Part shown: one piece after another, positions 15,001 to 24,032 of the stretch
How the letters are laid out: each line of letters opens with the position of its first letter
How positions within the stretch are numbered: the first letter of the stretch is position 1
Assembly: GCA_964057225.1 (NCBI GenBank)
Contig: OZ059895.1
Span: 21,638,001 to 21,702,000 of the forward strand
Source: Auanema rhodensis
Taxonomy: Eukaryota; Animalia; Nematoda
Direction: 5' to 3'
DNA: 64,000 nt
Notes under the pieces: generated by a model
Told to the model about the DNA's origin: nothing
Databases searched by the model: none
Seen by the model: the letters and a program-made list of their open reading frames with translations, nothing else
Translations under genes and position numbers: made by a program

Positions 15001-16717
15001 GTCAAAATGTTTTTGGAAGCAATGTTGAGTGTACATGGAAACTCAACATACACTAATGCATCATTTTTCAAACGATCATAACTAATTTTTGTATTGAGCG
15101 TTTCTCAATGTAGTATAGTGCATTCGATGCGGATTTTTAAGCTGCGTCGATCTGTGTTATCAGATTTGCGCTAGCTTAAAAATGCACCGAGATATCAACT
15201 GATATATGTTCACACTTATATCCTCGATTTTCACCCTGAAGAAATTATTTTTTCGTTGAATAACATTGTCCATCGTCTTTGCCTTGAAAAAATGAATCTA
15301 AAAACATCTACTTCTTGCTAAATTATTTTGAAATTTTTCGAAAAAATTTTTGTCAAAATGTTTTTGGAAGCAATGTTGAGTGTACATGGAAACTCAACAT
15401 ACACTAATGCATCATTTTTCAAACGATCATAACTAATTTTTGTATTAAGCGTTTCTCAATGTAGTATAGTGCATTCGATGCGGATTTTTAAGCTGCGTCG
15501 ATCTGTGTTATCAGATTTGCGCTAGCTTAAAAATGCACCGAGATATCAACTGATATAAGTTCACACTTAGATCCTCGATTTTCACCCTGAAGAATTAATT
15601 TTTTCGTTGAATAACAATGTCCATCGTCTTTGCCTTGAAAAAAGAAATCTAAAAACATCTACTTCTTGCTAAATTATTTTGAAATTTTTCGAAAAAATTT
15701 TTGTCAAAATGTTTTTGGAAGCAATGTTGAGTGTACATGGAAACTCAACATACACTAATGCATCAATTTTCAAACGATCATAACTAATTTTTGTATTGAG
15801 CGTTTCTCAGTGTAGTATAGTGCATTCGATGCGGATTTTTAAGCTGCGTCGATCTGTGTTATCAGATTTGCGCTAGCTTAAAAATGCACCGAGATATCAA
15901 CTGATATATGTTCACACTTATATCCTCGATTTTCACCCTGAAGAAATTATTTTTTCGTTGAATAACATTGTCCATCGTCTTTGCCTTGAAAAAAGAAATC
16001 TAAAAACATCTACTTCTTGCTAAATTATTTTGAAATTTTTCGAAAAAATTTTTGTCAAAATGTTTTTGGAAGCAATGTTGAGTGTACATGGAAACTCAAC
16101 ATACACTAATGCATCAATTTTCAAACGATCATAACTAATTTTTGTATTGAGCGTTTCTCAGTGTAGTATAGTGCATTCGATGCGGATTTTTAAGCTGCGT
16201 CGATCTGTGTTATCAGATTTGCGCTAGCTTAAAAATGCACCGAGATATCAACTGATATAAGTTCACACTTAGATCCTCGATTTTCACCCTGAAGAATTAA
16301 TTTTTTCGTTGAATAACCATGTCCATCGTCTTTGCCTTAAAAAAAGAAATCTAAAAACATCTACTTCTTGCTAAATTATTTTGAAATTTTTCGAAAAAAT
16401 TTTTGTCAAAATGTTTTTGGAAGCAATGTTGAGTGTACATGGAAACTCAACATACACTAATGCATCATTTTTCAAACGATCATAACTAATTTTTGTATTG
16501 AGCGTTTCTCAGTGTAGTATAGTGCATTCGATGCGGATTTTTAAGCTGCGTCGATCTGTGTTATCAGATTTGCGCTAGCTTAAAAATGCACCGAGATATC
16601 AACTGATATATGTTCACACTTATATCCTCGATTTTCACCCTGAAGAAATTATTTTTTCGTTGAATAACATTGTCCATCGTCTTTGCCTTGAAAAAAGGAA
16701 TCTAAAAACATCTACTT
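1..16717. repeat. Tandem satellite array, 351-bp monomer, left arm (47 full monomers plus positions 1-220 of monomer 48); runs off the window start
   Basis: TT(A/G)AGCGTTTCTCA recurs at 1, 352, 703 ... 7021 ... 14041 ... 16498, exactly 1+351n. Copies differ by only a few substitutions. Confidence 0.99.
16714..16717 (+). repeat. Target-site duplication, left copy: ACTT (or TACTT/CTACTT if the LTR ends 1-2 nt earlier)
   Basis: Uninterrupted monomers read CATCTACTTCTTGC. Here CATCTACTT precedes the element and (CT)ACTTCTTGC follows it. Confidence 0.85.
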
Positions 16718-17067
16718 TGTTAAGAAATGAGAATATTGTTAAATAGATTGATTATAGAATATTATGAATGATATTTATAACAACAAAATATCATTGAAAA
16801 TAACATTTAGAAACGATTGGATTCAATTACGATGAAAGAAAAAGAAGATAAAATTGGTCTTCAAAAGAATGCTCCCTTGACAACGAAACTACCGTAATCA
16901 TCTTTTGCAACCAAATTCATAATTTTGGCCTAAAAATTGTATTGTTGTTTTTTCGAAATAAAAAAAAGGAGTTTGGGATTCTGTTTTCATTTTTTGTTTG
17001 ATTATTTCTATTTTTTTTATAATAAATCGTTTGCTTATTTGATCTTTTTGTTTCCTCTAATATAACT
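16718..17067 (+). repeat. 5' LTR (350 bp; 3' boundary uncertain by 1-2 nt)
   Basis: TGTTAAGAAATGAG...TCTAATATAACT is repeated at a constant offset of 7315. Short terminal inverted repeat (T)GTTA...TAAC(T). Confidence 0.97.
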
Positions 17068-17082
17068 TGGGGGCCGAACTGG
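17068..17082 (+). promoter_or_regulatory. Primer binding site, tRNA-Pro
   Basis: TGGGGGCCGAACTGG abuts the 5' LTR and is complementary to a tRNA ending ...GTTCGGCCC-CCA. TGGGGGC is the classic tRNA-Pro PBS start. The CGAAC continuation matches nematode tRNA-Pro from memory; vertebrate-type PBS-Pro reads TGGGGGCTCGTCC. Confidence 0.88.
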
Positions 17083-17572
17083 TTGTTCAGTTTTTTTACG
17101 TATTAGTCTGGGTTAAGCGAATAGCTTATACAACCCTTAATCGAATAGATTCTGGTGGTTTAGTCACTGCTACCCAAATCGGGTTCTGTTTATAGTTTGC
17201 CAATTTTATTTAGTCTAACTAAATAAGAAAGGAAAATTATAGATTGTTATTGGTTTCAATAGCTCATCAAAGTTTTGTACTGTGGTTACGCATTGTATCC
17301 GAGTATATTTACGAGTTATTGGAATTGATAAGATCTGGTGCTAGTGTTTAGGTAGAAAAATTTTTTCGGAATTTTCTACCAGAGACATCTCATCATTGTA
17401 AACAGAACTTGAGTAGTAGTAAGATTACTGAACACAGATCTATTAGATTGATACAATTTGCTTATCAGATTGTTCTGATTATTAATTCTAAATACTAGAA
17501 TTCGATCATAAAATTCCTGCATTAGCAAAATTATTTTGTTTGTAGAGATTCGTATAGCAGTGCCTATTCGAG

Positions 17573-20500
17573 ATGTCGATTGAGAACGAAACGTTTGAAA
17601 CAGAACAACTCTGTGAAATGGATTTCGAAAATGTGTTTTCTGAGGTAATCCTTAATTCATTAGTGAATCAAACATTTAAGGCTTTGGAGCCTTATAATGA
17701 AATGATATATAAAGAGTTCCTTGAAAAAATCAGAAACGCTACGGAAAAAAAAAGAACTGAACAAAGAATACTAAAAACCCGCAATTTAGTGAAAAGTAAC
17801 CTAAAAAGCGAGATTAGAAAAGGAAAAACTTGGGAATTTGTTCATTCAATGCTATTAGTGATGAACAACGAAGGTCTGAAAAAACCTTCAGATCTTAGTG
17901 ATGTTTTAAAGATCAGTAAGAAACGAGCGGAAATAATTAAAGACATAACAGATAACTTCCAACTCAATGAGAATAATATAGTGCAAGAGTTACTTGTTAT
18001 TCATGAAACTGTGAAAACTTTATGTGATACTTTCGATTGTAATCTAAAAGAATTGCAACAGAGAATAAGTAACAGTTGGCAATTTCAGAAATCAAGCTTG
18101 AATCAAGAAGATACTGAAACAGCCATGGCAGAAATGATTTTGGATGAGCGAACTAGAGGTAATTCTGTTGAGAGTGCTGAACTCAAAACAAAAATTAAGG
18201 AGCGAACAGTGAGAACACACTCCAAGGAAATAGTGGAAATGGAACCAAATCAACAGGACCAACACTATCCATACAACTTCAGGGGTACGTCACCTTTACA
18301 TTATGCTGGATTAAATGCGCAAAACGACGCGTTGTTAGAGATGATAAGAGCACAAATGTTACCTGATGTTCCTTATTTTTCTAACGACTCGTTGGAAAAA
18401 TGGAATCAGTTCATTGAAAGTTTCAATCTCAAGTATCCAAAAGGTACTCTGACGGCCAGTAGTCGGAAGATGCTGTTCGTTGATAAGCTAAAAGGAGAAG
18501 CACGAGACAGATACGACGAACTGCCAGAAACAATTAGAGAGAGTTCGTTAGAAGTTATCATCGAAGAACTTCATAAACAGAGAGTGTGTGTTAAACGAAC
18601 GAGCAGATTAGATGCTATTTCTTCGCTCAAAACTTTACAGTACAATAGTAACAAAACACTGATTGTTTTCTGTAAAAAACTGGAAGAGACCTCAAGAAAA
18701 GCGTACCCAGAATTTCCTACAAGGAAATTATCGTTTTTAAGAGCCCAGATGCTCTATGAAGCACTCAGAGATTGTTCATGCGCTATTCATCTATTAGAAA
18801 CCATAGAGAAAAGCGAAGAAGATTTGGTCTATGAAAAAGTTAAAGAGATAGCGTTACGCTGCGAAAGAAATAAACGTGTTTATGATGAACAGCGAGAGAA
18901 AGGGAGAAATTCAAACAGAATTTTACCTAAGCTCAGATATGAAAAAAACCATATCGATACGAATAATTATTACACAAATGATCGGAATAGGTACGTGGGC
19001 GGAATTAGAGAACCTCCAAGTAGGAGAGAAATAATTTGCTACATATGTAACAAAAAAGGCCATTCAGCAGCACAATGCTTTGAGAGGAAGAAACCTTCCA
19101 ACAACTATCCTAAACGAATAGAGAATGTTGAAAAGCATAATGAGCCCGGAATGAGAAATCAAGCAGAAGTTTGGAATAAAATTATTCAAACATGCAATTC
19201 CATAACCAATTCAGAGTTAATTGGCGAACAAAGTTTATTATCTATGATAATTTGTGAGAAATCCAAAAAAAGAGTCCTTATCGATACAGGATCTCAAATA
19301 TCGGTGATGTCATCACAAGCACTGGTAAATTTGATGAGTGACGGGGTTGATCTGGATCGATCGGTTACTCAAATACCGTGGAAAGGTGATAAATATATTG
19401 CCAATGCTTCGGGCACAAAAATGAATTTTGTAGGAGCAATAAGTTGCAAAGTTACGTGTTTAGAAAGCAAGAAAACTAGTAATGTAAGCTTTTTAGTACA
19501 AAAAAGTAGAGAAGAATCTATTTTGTTAGGAACAAATGCCTTAGAAAATTTGGGTATAATTTTGAAATTTTATACAAAAGAGGCCGTAGCCTTACAGAGA
19601 GTTTTTATACCTGCGAATAAAAGTAGAACGCTAAAAATTTCGTGTGATGAACAGAAAGATAGTTTACTAGTGTCGCATAGGCATGATGTACTTACGGGAA
19701 TCTGTAAAGTGGACAACAATAATTCCACTACAGTAATCGTTGCTAACATGACATGCCAGCCAACCACAATAAAGAAAGGAGAGATTGTCGGTGAATGGGA
19801 GTCCGAGAATTGGACTGAAAAGCTGACTGCACTGAATGACGAATTGAAAACCGAATCAATTGATGTGTTAGAAATGCGTATGTTAGATCAATACGCTAAA
19901 CCAACAGATCCGGTTGGAAGAGCAGAAAAAGTCATTGCAGTCTTAGAAGAGAAAAGTGGTGTAACCTTTGATCCAAAGGTCAAAGACCTTTTAGAAAATT
20001 ATTCAGCGATATTCGCGTTGGTTGATGCTGATCTGCAGCAAACAAATATTGTCACTATGAATATTGATACGGGAGATGCGAGTCCTATTCGTCAAAAAGT
20101 ACGACCAGTGCCGTTTGGTATAAAAAATGAGTTTAGAGGTATTATAAAAGACCTATTACAAAGAGGGATTATAGAACCTAGCCAAAGCGCATGGGCAAGC
20201 CCTGTAGTTTTAGTAGAGAAAAAAGACAAATCTATCAGACTCTGTATAGATTATAGAGAACTGAATAAGGTCTTAAAACTAGATGCTTATCCAATACCAA
20301 CGATAGATATCATTCTTAGATCGATGAACGGGAAGAAAATATTTTCCACATTTGATCTATCGTCGGGGTTTTGGCAAATAAAACTTTCCGAAGAAGATAA
20401 AGAAAAAACATCTTTTGTGACCAGCGAAGGATCTTTTCAATTTGTAGTATGTCCTTTTGGCTTAGCAACTAGTCCACCAACATTCCAAAGAATGATGGAC

Positions 20501-23500
20501 AAAGCACTGGGAGATTTACTCAAAAGCAATGAAGTTTTTGTTTATATAGACGATATAATGATTGCAACAGATACTTTTGAAAGACATTTTGAAGTTATGA
20601 AGAATGTTTTTGAAGCGCTGAAACAAGCAAATTTATCGTTGAAAGCGGTTAAATGTAAACTTTTACAAAACGAAGTGGATTATTTGGGCCACAAAGTAAA
20701 CGGAGAAGGTATTCACGCCGATCCAAATAAAATTGAGGCAATTTTAAAGTATCCCTTACCAAATACAATTGCTGAATTAAGAACATTCTTGGGAATGGCG
20801 TCGTATTACAGAAAATTTGTGCTAAATTTTGCAGCAATTGCTAAACCAATGCACGAAATGACAAGTGAAAAAAGTAAATGGGAATGGACCCGAGAGAGAA
20901 AAGATGCTTTTGAAATTCTAAAGAAAAAGCTTACTCAAGCTCCTGTACTAATACAGCCTGACTGGGAAGGTGCAAATAGCGGTAAAAACCCATATATTAT
21001 ATACACTGATGCGTGTGCATCTGGTGTAGGAGCGGTGTTATGTCAAAAAGCAAAAGATAATTTTCTACACCCGATTGCCTTTGTTTCTAAAGGTTTGTCG
21101 AAAGCGGAAAAAAATTATCATGTAACAGACTTAGAAGCTCTGGCTATTGTATTTGCGCTAGAGAAATTTCAATATTACATTTATAATACTGAAAAAACAG
21201 TTGTGAAAACTGATCATCAACCATTGACATGTCTGTTCAAGAAGACAGCAAGTGGGAGAATGTTGAGGTGGAGCCTCATGGTACAGCGATACAGAATAAC
21301 TATTGAATATGTCAAAGGAAAAGGAAATGTTATAGCGGACGCATTATCGCGAGGTGTTCCAGTTCAAGATAATTTTGATCTTGAAAGTGACTCAGATATA
21401 AAATATATTTGTTCGTTGCAAATGAGAGATAATATAGCTGAATTAATGATGAATGAAAATTACAAAAATATTATCAATCTCAGAACGGATGAAAAACTCA
21501 CAGAGAGAATTTTTTTGCCAAAACTGGCACATAAACTATTTGTCGGTGATTTTCTAATTGCAAAAGAAAACTTGTATTATATCAACGAGAAGGGTGAGAA
21601 ATTATTAGTCATTCCTTCGTCAAAAAGATATGATATATATAAAGAAGCTCATGAAGGATTATTTGGAGCTCATTTTGGACCGAAAAAAATTATACGTTCT
21701 CTGAAGAGACAATTTTTTTGGGAAGGCTTAGACTCAGATGTGAGAAAATGGCACAGTGAGTGTAAAAAGTGCTTTTTAGCAAACAATAAAACAAAAAGTA
21801 AGCCATTATTACAGCCATATCGAACAGAAAAACCTTATGAGCTAGTCGGAATTGATGTCATGGATCTAGGTAGAACCACATCCAACAATCGTTATGTAGT
21901 AGCCGTAATAGACCATTTTAGTAAATGGTTAGGTGCATACGCAGTACCAGATAAATCTGCAGCAACAATAGCTGATATAATAGTTAAAAAATGGATATGT
22001 GAAGGCGCCAAATGGCCTAAACAGTTCCTGTCTGATAAAGGAAGCGAATTTGTTAACAAAATAGTGGAAGAAATAAAAAAGATAACCAAGATCGAATGGA
22101 TCACCACCATGGGATATAATCCTAGACAAAACGGTATAACAGAGAGAGTGAATTTAACAATTCAAAGAGCTCTGAAAAAGGCAGGAAACAGTCCGTCTGA
22201 GTGGGACAAGTTACTTCCGTTTGTAACATATGCGTATAATACAACACCACACGAAGCAACTGGTGAATCCCCGTTTTTTATTTTACATGGGTTCGAACCA
22301 TATTTGGTATCTAATATTGTAGAACCAACTAAACCAAGTTTAGTAGAGTATGAATTAGATGAATATAAAGTTGATTTGTTGGAGGGATTTAGACTATCAC
22401 GAAATATAGCAATAGAACGGAACGATAAAGAGCGTGAAAAATTCAAAATGTATTACGATAAGAAAAATTGTAAAAACATACAAGAATTCAAAGTAGGAGA
22501 TAGAGTATATCTGAAAATGATAAACGAAAAAAGTAAACATGTCAATAAAAAATTGATAAATGATTTGAAGGGACCATATCGTATAATAGAGTCTTATAAG
22601 ACGTCGGCATTAATCACCGAAATTTCGGGAAAAGGCGAACCTTTGAAGATACAATACGATCTTCTGATAAGAATTCCATCTACGATAGATGATAAACCAG
22701 TTGAAACGGTTAGAAGACGCAGAGAAATCATAGTTAAAAGGATACACTACAAAAATATTGGAGAGAATAGTAGTTATAGTAATAAAATTATTTTTTATAG
22801 AAACCTCACGATAAAACCCAAAGATGCTTGTCATCCACTGTATGAATGCGATGGTCTGATACAACTACCGGATGGAAAAAGACAAATATGCTCGTTCAAA
22901 ACGGTTACTTATGGAGATCTGTTGAACAATAAATGTCCTACACCGTTGAAAGGAATTAGAGTTAGGAATACCTTCAGGTTAGCTCAATTCCTACAAGTAA
23001 TGAAGGATCCAAGGATTTGGATCAATGAGAAGTTGGCTCATATAAATCGTATGAACGTCCACCCTGATGTTGAGAGTATGGCTGATGCAATAATATTACA
23101 AAAACAAAATTGTTTGCACTCTAAGATCAACTTTTCGTTATTTGAGAATTTTCACATCACCTGCGAAAACCCAGTGGAATTCAACATGTCAAGCGATGAC
23201 ATTTCTAAAGCGTTTTTGATTGCGTCTGAAAAATTAAATCGTTCTGCAAAACCTTCCGATAAAGATCTTTTGTTTGTTCCAAAAAGGATGAATGCGGCAA
23301 AAGATTTCAATTTTCCTTTCGGAAATTGTATCACCTATGAAAATTTATCAAATGATGTTATTTCAAAATTGTTGACTTATTGTAACGTACGTTATGTACT
23401 AATTGTATTACCGCTGATCTCCGAAGAAAACGAAGCAGACAAACTGATTAAACAACTGGGAAGATTAGGTTGTGCCCTGAATGCACAAATAATATTGATA

Positions 23501-23902
23501 AGTCCTATTGCAAGATTTGATGACAACACATTCTTTGATAGCATGCGAACATGGCAAAAAGTACATGAATGTTTTGCCGCAGAATGCACAACACGTAATG
23601 ATAAGTTATGGATACAATATATAGGCTGTCGAGGGGATGACGTTGCTTTAGTAACGCACTATTGGTTTGCTGGTGGGCCACTGCCTTATCAGAAAACATC
23701 TGATCGTATTTTGTACGAACATGTTAAGAGTTTTTTAACCATGCTACAGAAAAAACTACTATCGTTAGGAGTTTCGTCTATGTTAAATAGAATGGAGAAA
23801 CGAAAACAAACTCATATAATGAACAAAACCTTTGAAAAGAACACAAACAGAACTCTACACAAAACGTTCAAACCATATAGCCAATTCAAAAAACAGTACT
23901 GA
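17573..23902 (+). CDS. gag-pol: Single-ORF Gag-Pol polyprotein with C-terminal extension (2109 aa)
   Basis: The ORF is uninterrupted. Motifs: CCHC knuckle, LIDTGS protease, RT (WASPVVLV, LCIDYRELN, PFGL, YIDD, YLGH), RNase H (YTDA, LEALA, TDHQPL, ADALSR), integrase HHCC, DDE and GPY. Confidence 0.97.
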   Translation: MSIENETFETEQLCEMDFENVFSEVILNSLVNQTFKALEPYNEMIYKEFLEKIRNATEKKRTEQRILKTRNLVKSNLKSEIRKGKTWEFVHSMLLVMNNEGLKKPSDLSDVLKISKKRAEIIKDITDNFQLNENNIVQELLVIHETVKTLCDTFDCNLKELQQRISNSWQFQKSSLNQEDTETAMAEMILDERTRGNSVESAELKTKIKERTVRTHSKEIVEMEPNQQDQHYPYNFRGTSPLHYAGLNAQNDALLEMIRAQMLPDVPYFSNDSLEKWNQFIESFNLKYPKGTLTASSRKMLFVDKLKGEARDRYDELPETIRESSLEVIIEELHKQRVCVKRTSRLDAISSLKTLQYNSNKTLIVFCKKLEETSRKAYPEFPTRKLSFLRAQMLYEALRDCSCAIHLLETIEKSEEDLVYEKVKEIALRCERNKRVYDEQREKGRNSNRILPKLRYEKNHIDTNNYYTNDRNRYVGGIREPPSRREIICYICNKKGHSAAQCFERKKPSNNYPKRIENVEKHNEPGMRNQAEVWNKIIQTCNSITNSELIGEQSLLSMIICEKSKKRVLIDTGSQISVMSSQALVNLMSDGVDLDRSVTQIPWKGDKYIANASGTKMNFVGAISCKVTCLESKKTSNVSFLVQKSREESILLGTNALENLGIILKFYTKEAVALQRVFIPANKSRTLKISCDEQKDSLLVSHRHDVLTGICKVDNNNSTTVIVANMTCQPTTIKKGEIVGEWESENWTEKLTALNDELKTESIDVLEMRMLDQYAKPTDPVGRAEKVIAVLEEKSGVTFDPKVKDLLENYSAIFALVDADLQQTNIVTMNIDTGDASPIRQKVRPVPFGIKNEFRGIIKDLLQRGIIEPSQSAWASPVVLVEKKDKSIRLCIDYRELNKVLKLDAYPIPTIDIILRSMNGKKIFSTFDLSSGFWQIKLSEEDKEKTSFVTSEGSFQFVVCPFGLATSPPTFQRMMDKALGDLLKSNEVFVYIDDIMIATDTFERHFEVMKNVFEALKQANLSLKAVKCKLLQNEVDYLGHKVNGEGIHADPNKIEAILKYPLPNTIAELRTFLGMASYYRKFVLNFAAIAKPMHEMTSEKSKWEWTRERKDAFEILKKKLTQAPVLIQPDWEGANSGKNPYIIYTDACASGVGAVLCQKAKDNFLHPIAFVSKGLSKAEKNYHVTDLEALAIVFALEKFQYYIYNTEKTVVKTDHQPLTCLFKKTASGRMLRWSLMVQRYRITIEYVKGKGNVIADALSRGVPVQDNFDLESDSDIKYICSLQMRDNIAELMMNENYKNIINLRTDEKLTERIFLPKLAHKLFVGDFLIAKENLYYINEKGEKLLVIPSSKRYDIYKEAHEGLFGAHFGPKKIIRSLKRQFFWEGLDSDVRKWHSECKKCFLANNKTKSKPLLQPYRTEKPYELVGIDVMDLGRTTSNNRYVVAVIDHFSKWLGAYAVPDKSAATIADIIVKKWICEGAKWPKQFLSDKGSEFVNKIVEEIKKITKIEWITTMGYNPRQNGITERVNLTIQRALKKAGNSPSEWDKLLPFVTYAYNTTPHEATGESPFFILHGFEPYLVSNIVEPTKPSLVEYELDEYKVDLLEGFRLSRNIAIERNDKEREKFKMYYDKKNCKNIQEFKVGDRVYLKMINEKSKHVNKKLINDLKGPYRIIESYKTSALITEISGKGEPLKIQYDLLIRIPSTIDDKPVETVRRRREIIVKRIHYKNIGENSSYSNKIIFYRNLTIKPKDACHPLYECDGLIQLPDGKRQICSFKTVTYGDLLNNKCPTPLKGIRVRNTFRLAQFLQVMKDPRIWINEKLAHINRMNVHPDVESMADAIILQKQNCLHSKINFSLFENFHITCENPVEFNMSSDDISKAFLIASEKLNRSAKPSDKDLLFVPKRMNAAKDFNFPFGNCITYENLSNDVISKLLTYCNVRYVLIVLPLISEENEADKLIKQLGRLGCALNAQIILISPIARFDDNTFFDSMRTWQKVHECFAAECTTRNDKLWIQYIGCRGDDVALVTHYWFAGGPLPYQKTSDRILYEHVKSFLTMLQKKLLSLGVSSMLNRMEKRKQTHIMNKTFEKNTNRTLHKTFKPYSQFKKQY
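18350..19078 (+). other. Gag capsid-like region and nucleocapsid zinc knuckle (CX2CX4HX4C at 19037-19078); capsid bounds approximate
   Basis: LPDVPYFS...WNQFIESF...LKGEARDRY is typical retrotransposon capsid. CYICNKKGHSAAQC is the knuckle. Confidence 0.85.
19250..19570 (+). other. Aspartic protease domain (approximate bounds)
   Basis: VLIDTGSQIS with the catalytic Asp codon at 19283, flap ANASG, and ILLGTNAL. Confidence 0.9.
20050..21355 (+). other. Reverse transcriptase and RNase H (approximate bounds)
   Basis: YIDD at 20543-20554. RNase H YTDA from 21002, then DLEALA, TDH and ADALSR. Confidence 0.95.
21650..22700 (+). other. Integrase: HHCC zinc finger, DD35E core, GPY/F module
   Basis: HEGLFGAH...CKKC (21650-21772). 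D at 21854, D at 22034 and E at 22142 give D-X35-E spacing. KGPY at 22568-22579. Confidence 0.95.
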
Positions 23903-24020
23903 ATTGTCTTCTTAAGAGAAAAGCGATGTTCTATCATGAGTTATATACATATATGTGTTTTTTTGTGTTTTTTATTTTTTTGAATAAATAATTGTTGAAC
24001 ATCTCGGGACGCGAAGTTTC

Positions 24021-24032
24021 GAAGGGAGGGGA
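24021..24032 (+). promoter_or_regulatory. Polypurine tract (plus-strand primer)
   Basis: GAAGGGAGGGGA lies immediately 5' of the 3' LTR TG. Confidence 0.93.

Noticed and set aside
17355-17368. Leader/LTR similarity to the satellite (GAAAAATTTTTTCG; TTTTTCGAAA), suggesting the satellite derives from the element
   Set aside because: These are only short low-complexity A/T matches with no extended alignment.
19175-19180. AATAAA between the zinc knuckle and protease as a gag-only poly(A) signal
   Set aside because: There is no preceding stop codon, so it would give a non-stop mRNA, and the hexamer is common in this A-rich ORF.
19570-23699. Nine short minus-strand ORFs (60-94 aa) inside the polyprotein
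   Set aside because: These are antisense shadows of the long ORF with no recognisable motifs.
22740-23902. env gene or chromodomain
   Set aside because: There is no signal peptide, no long transmembrane anchor and no chromodomain motif. The hydrophobic runs are short and look like beta-strands.
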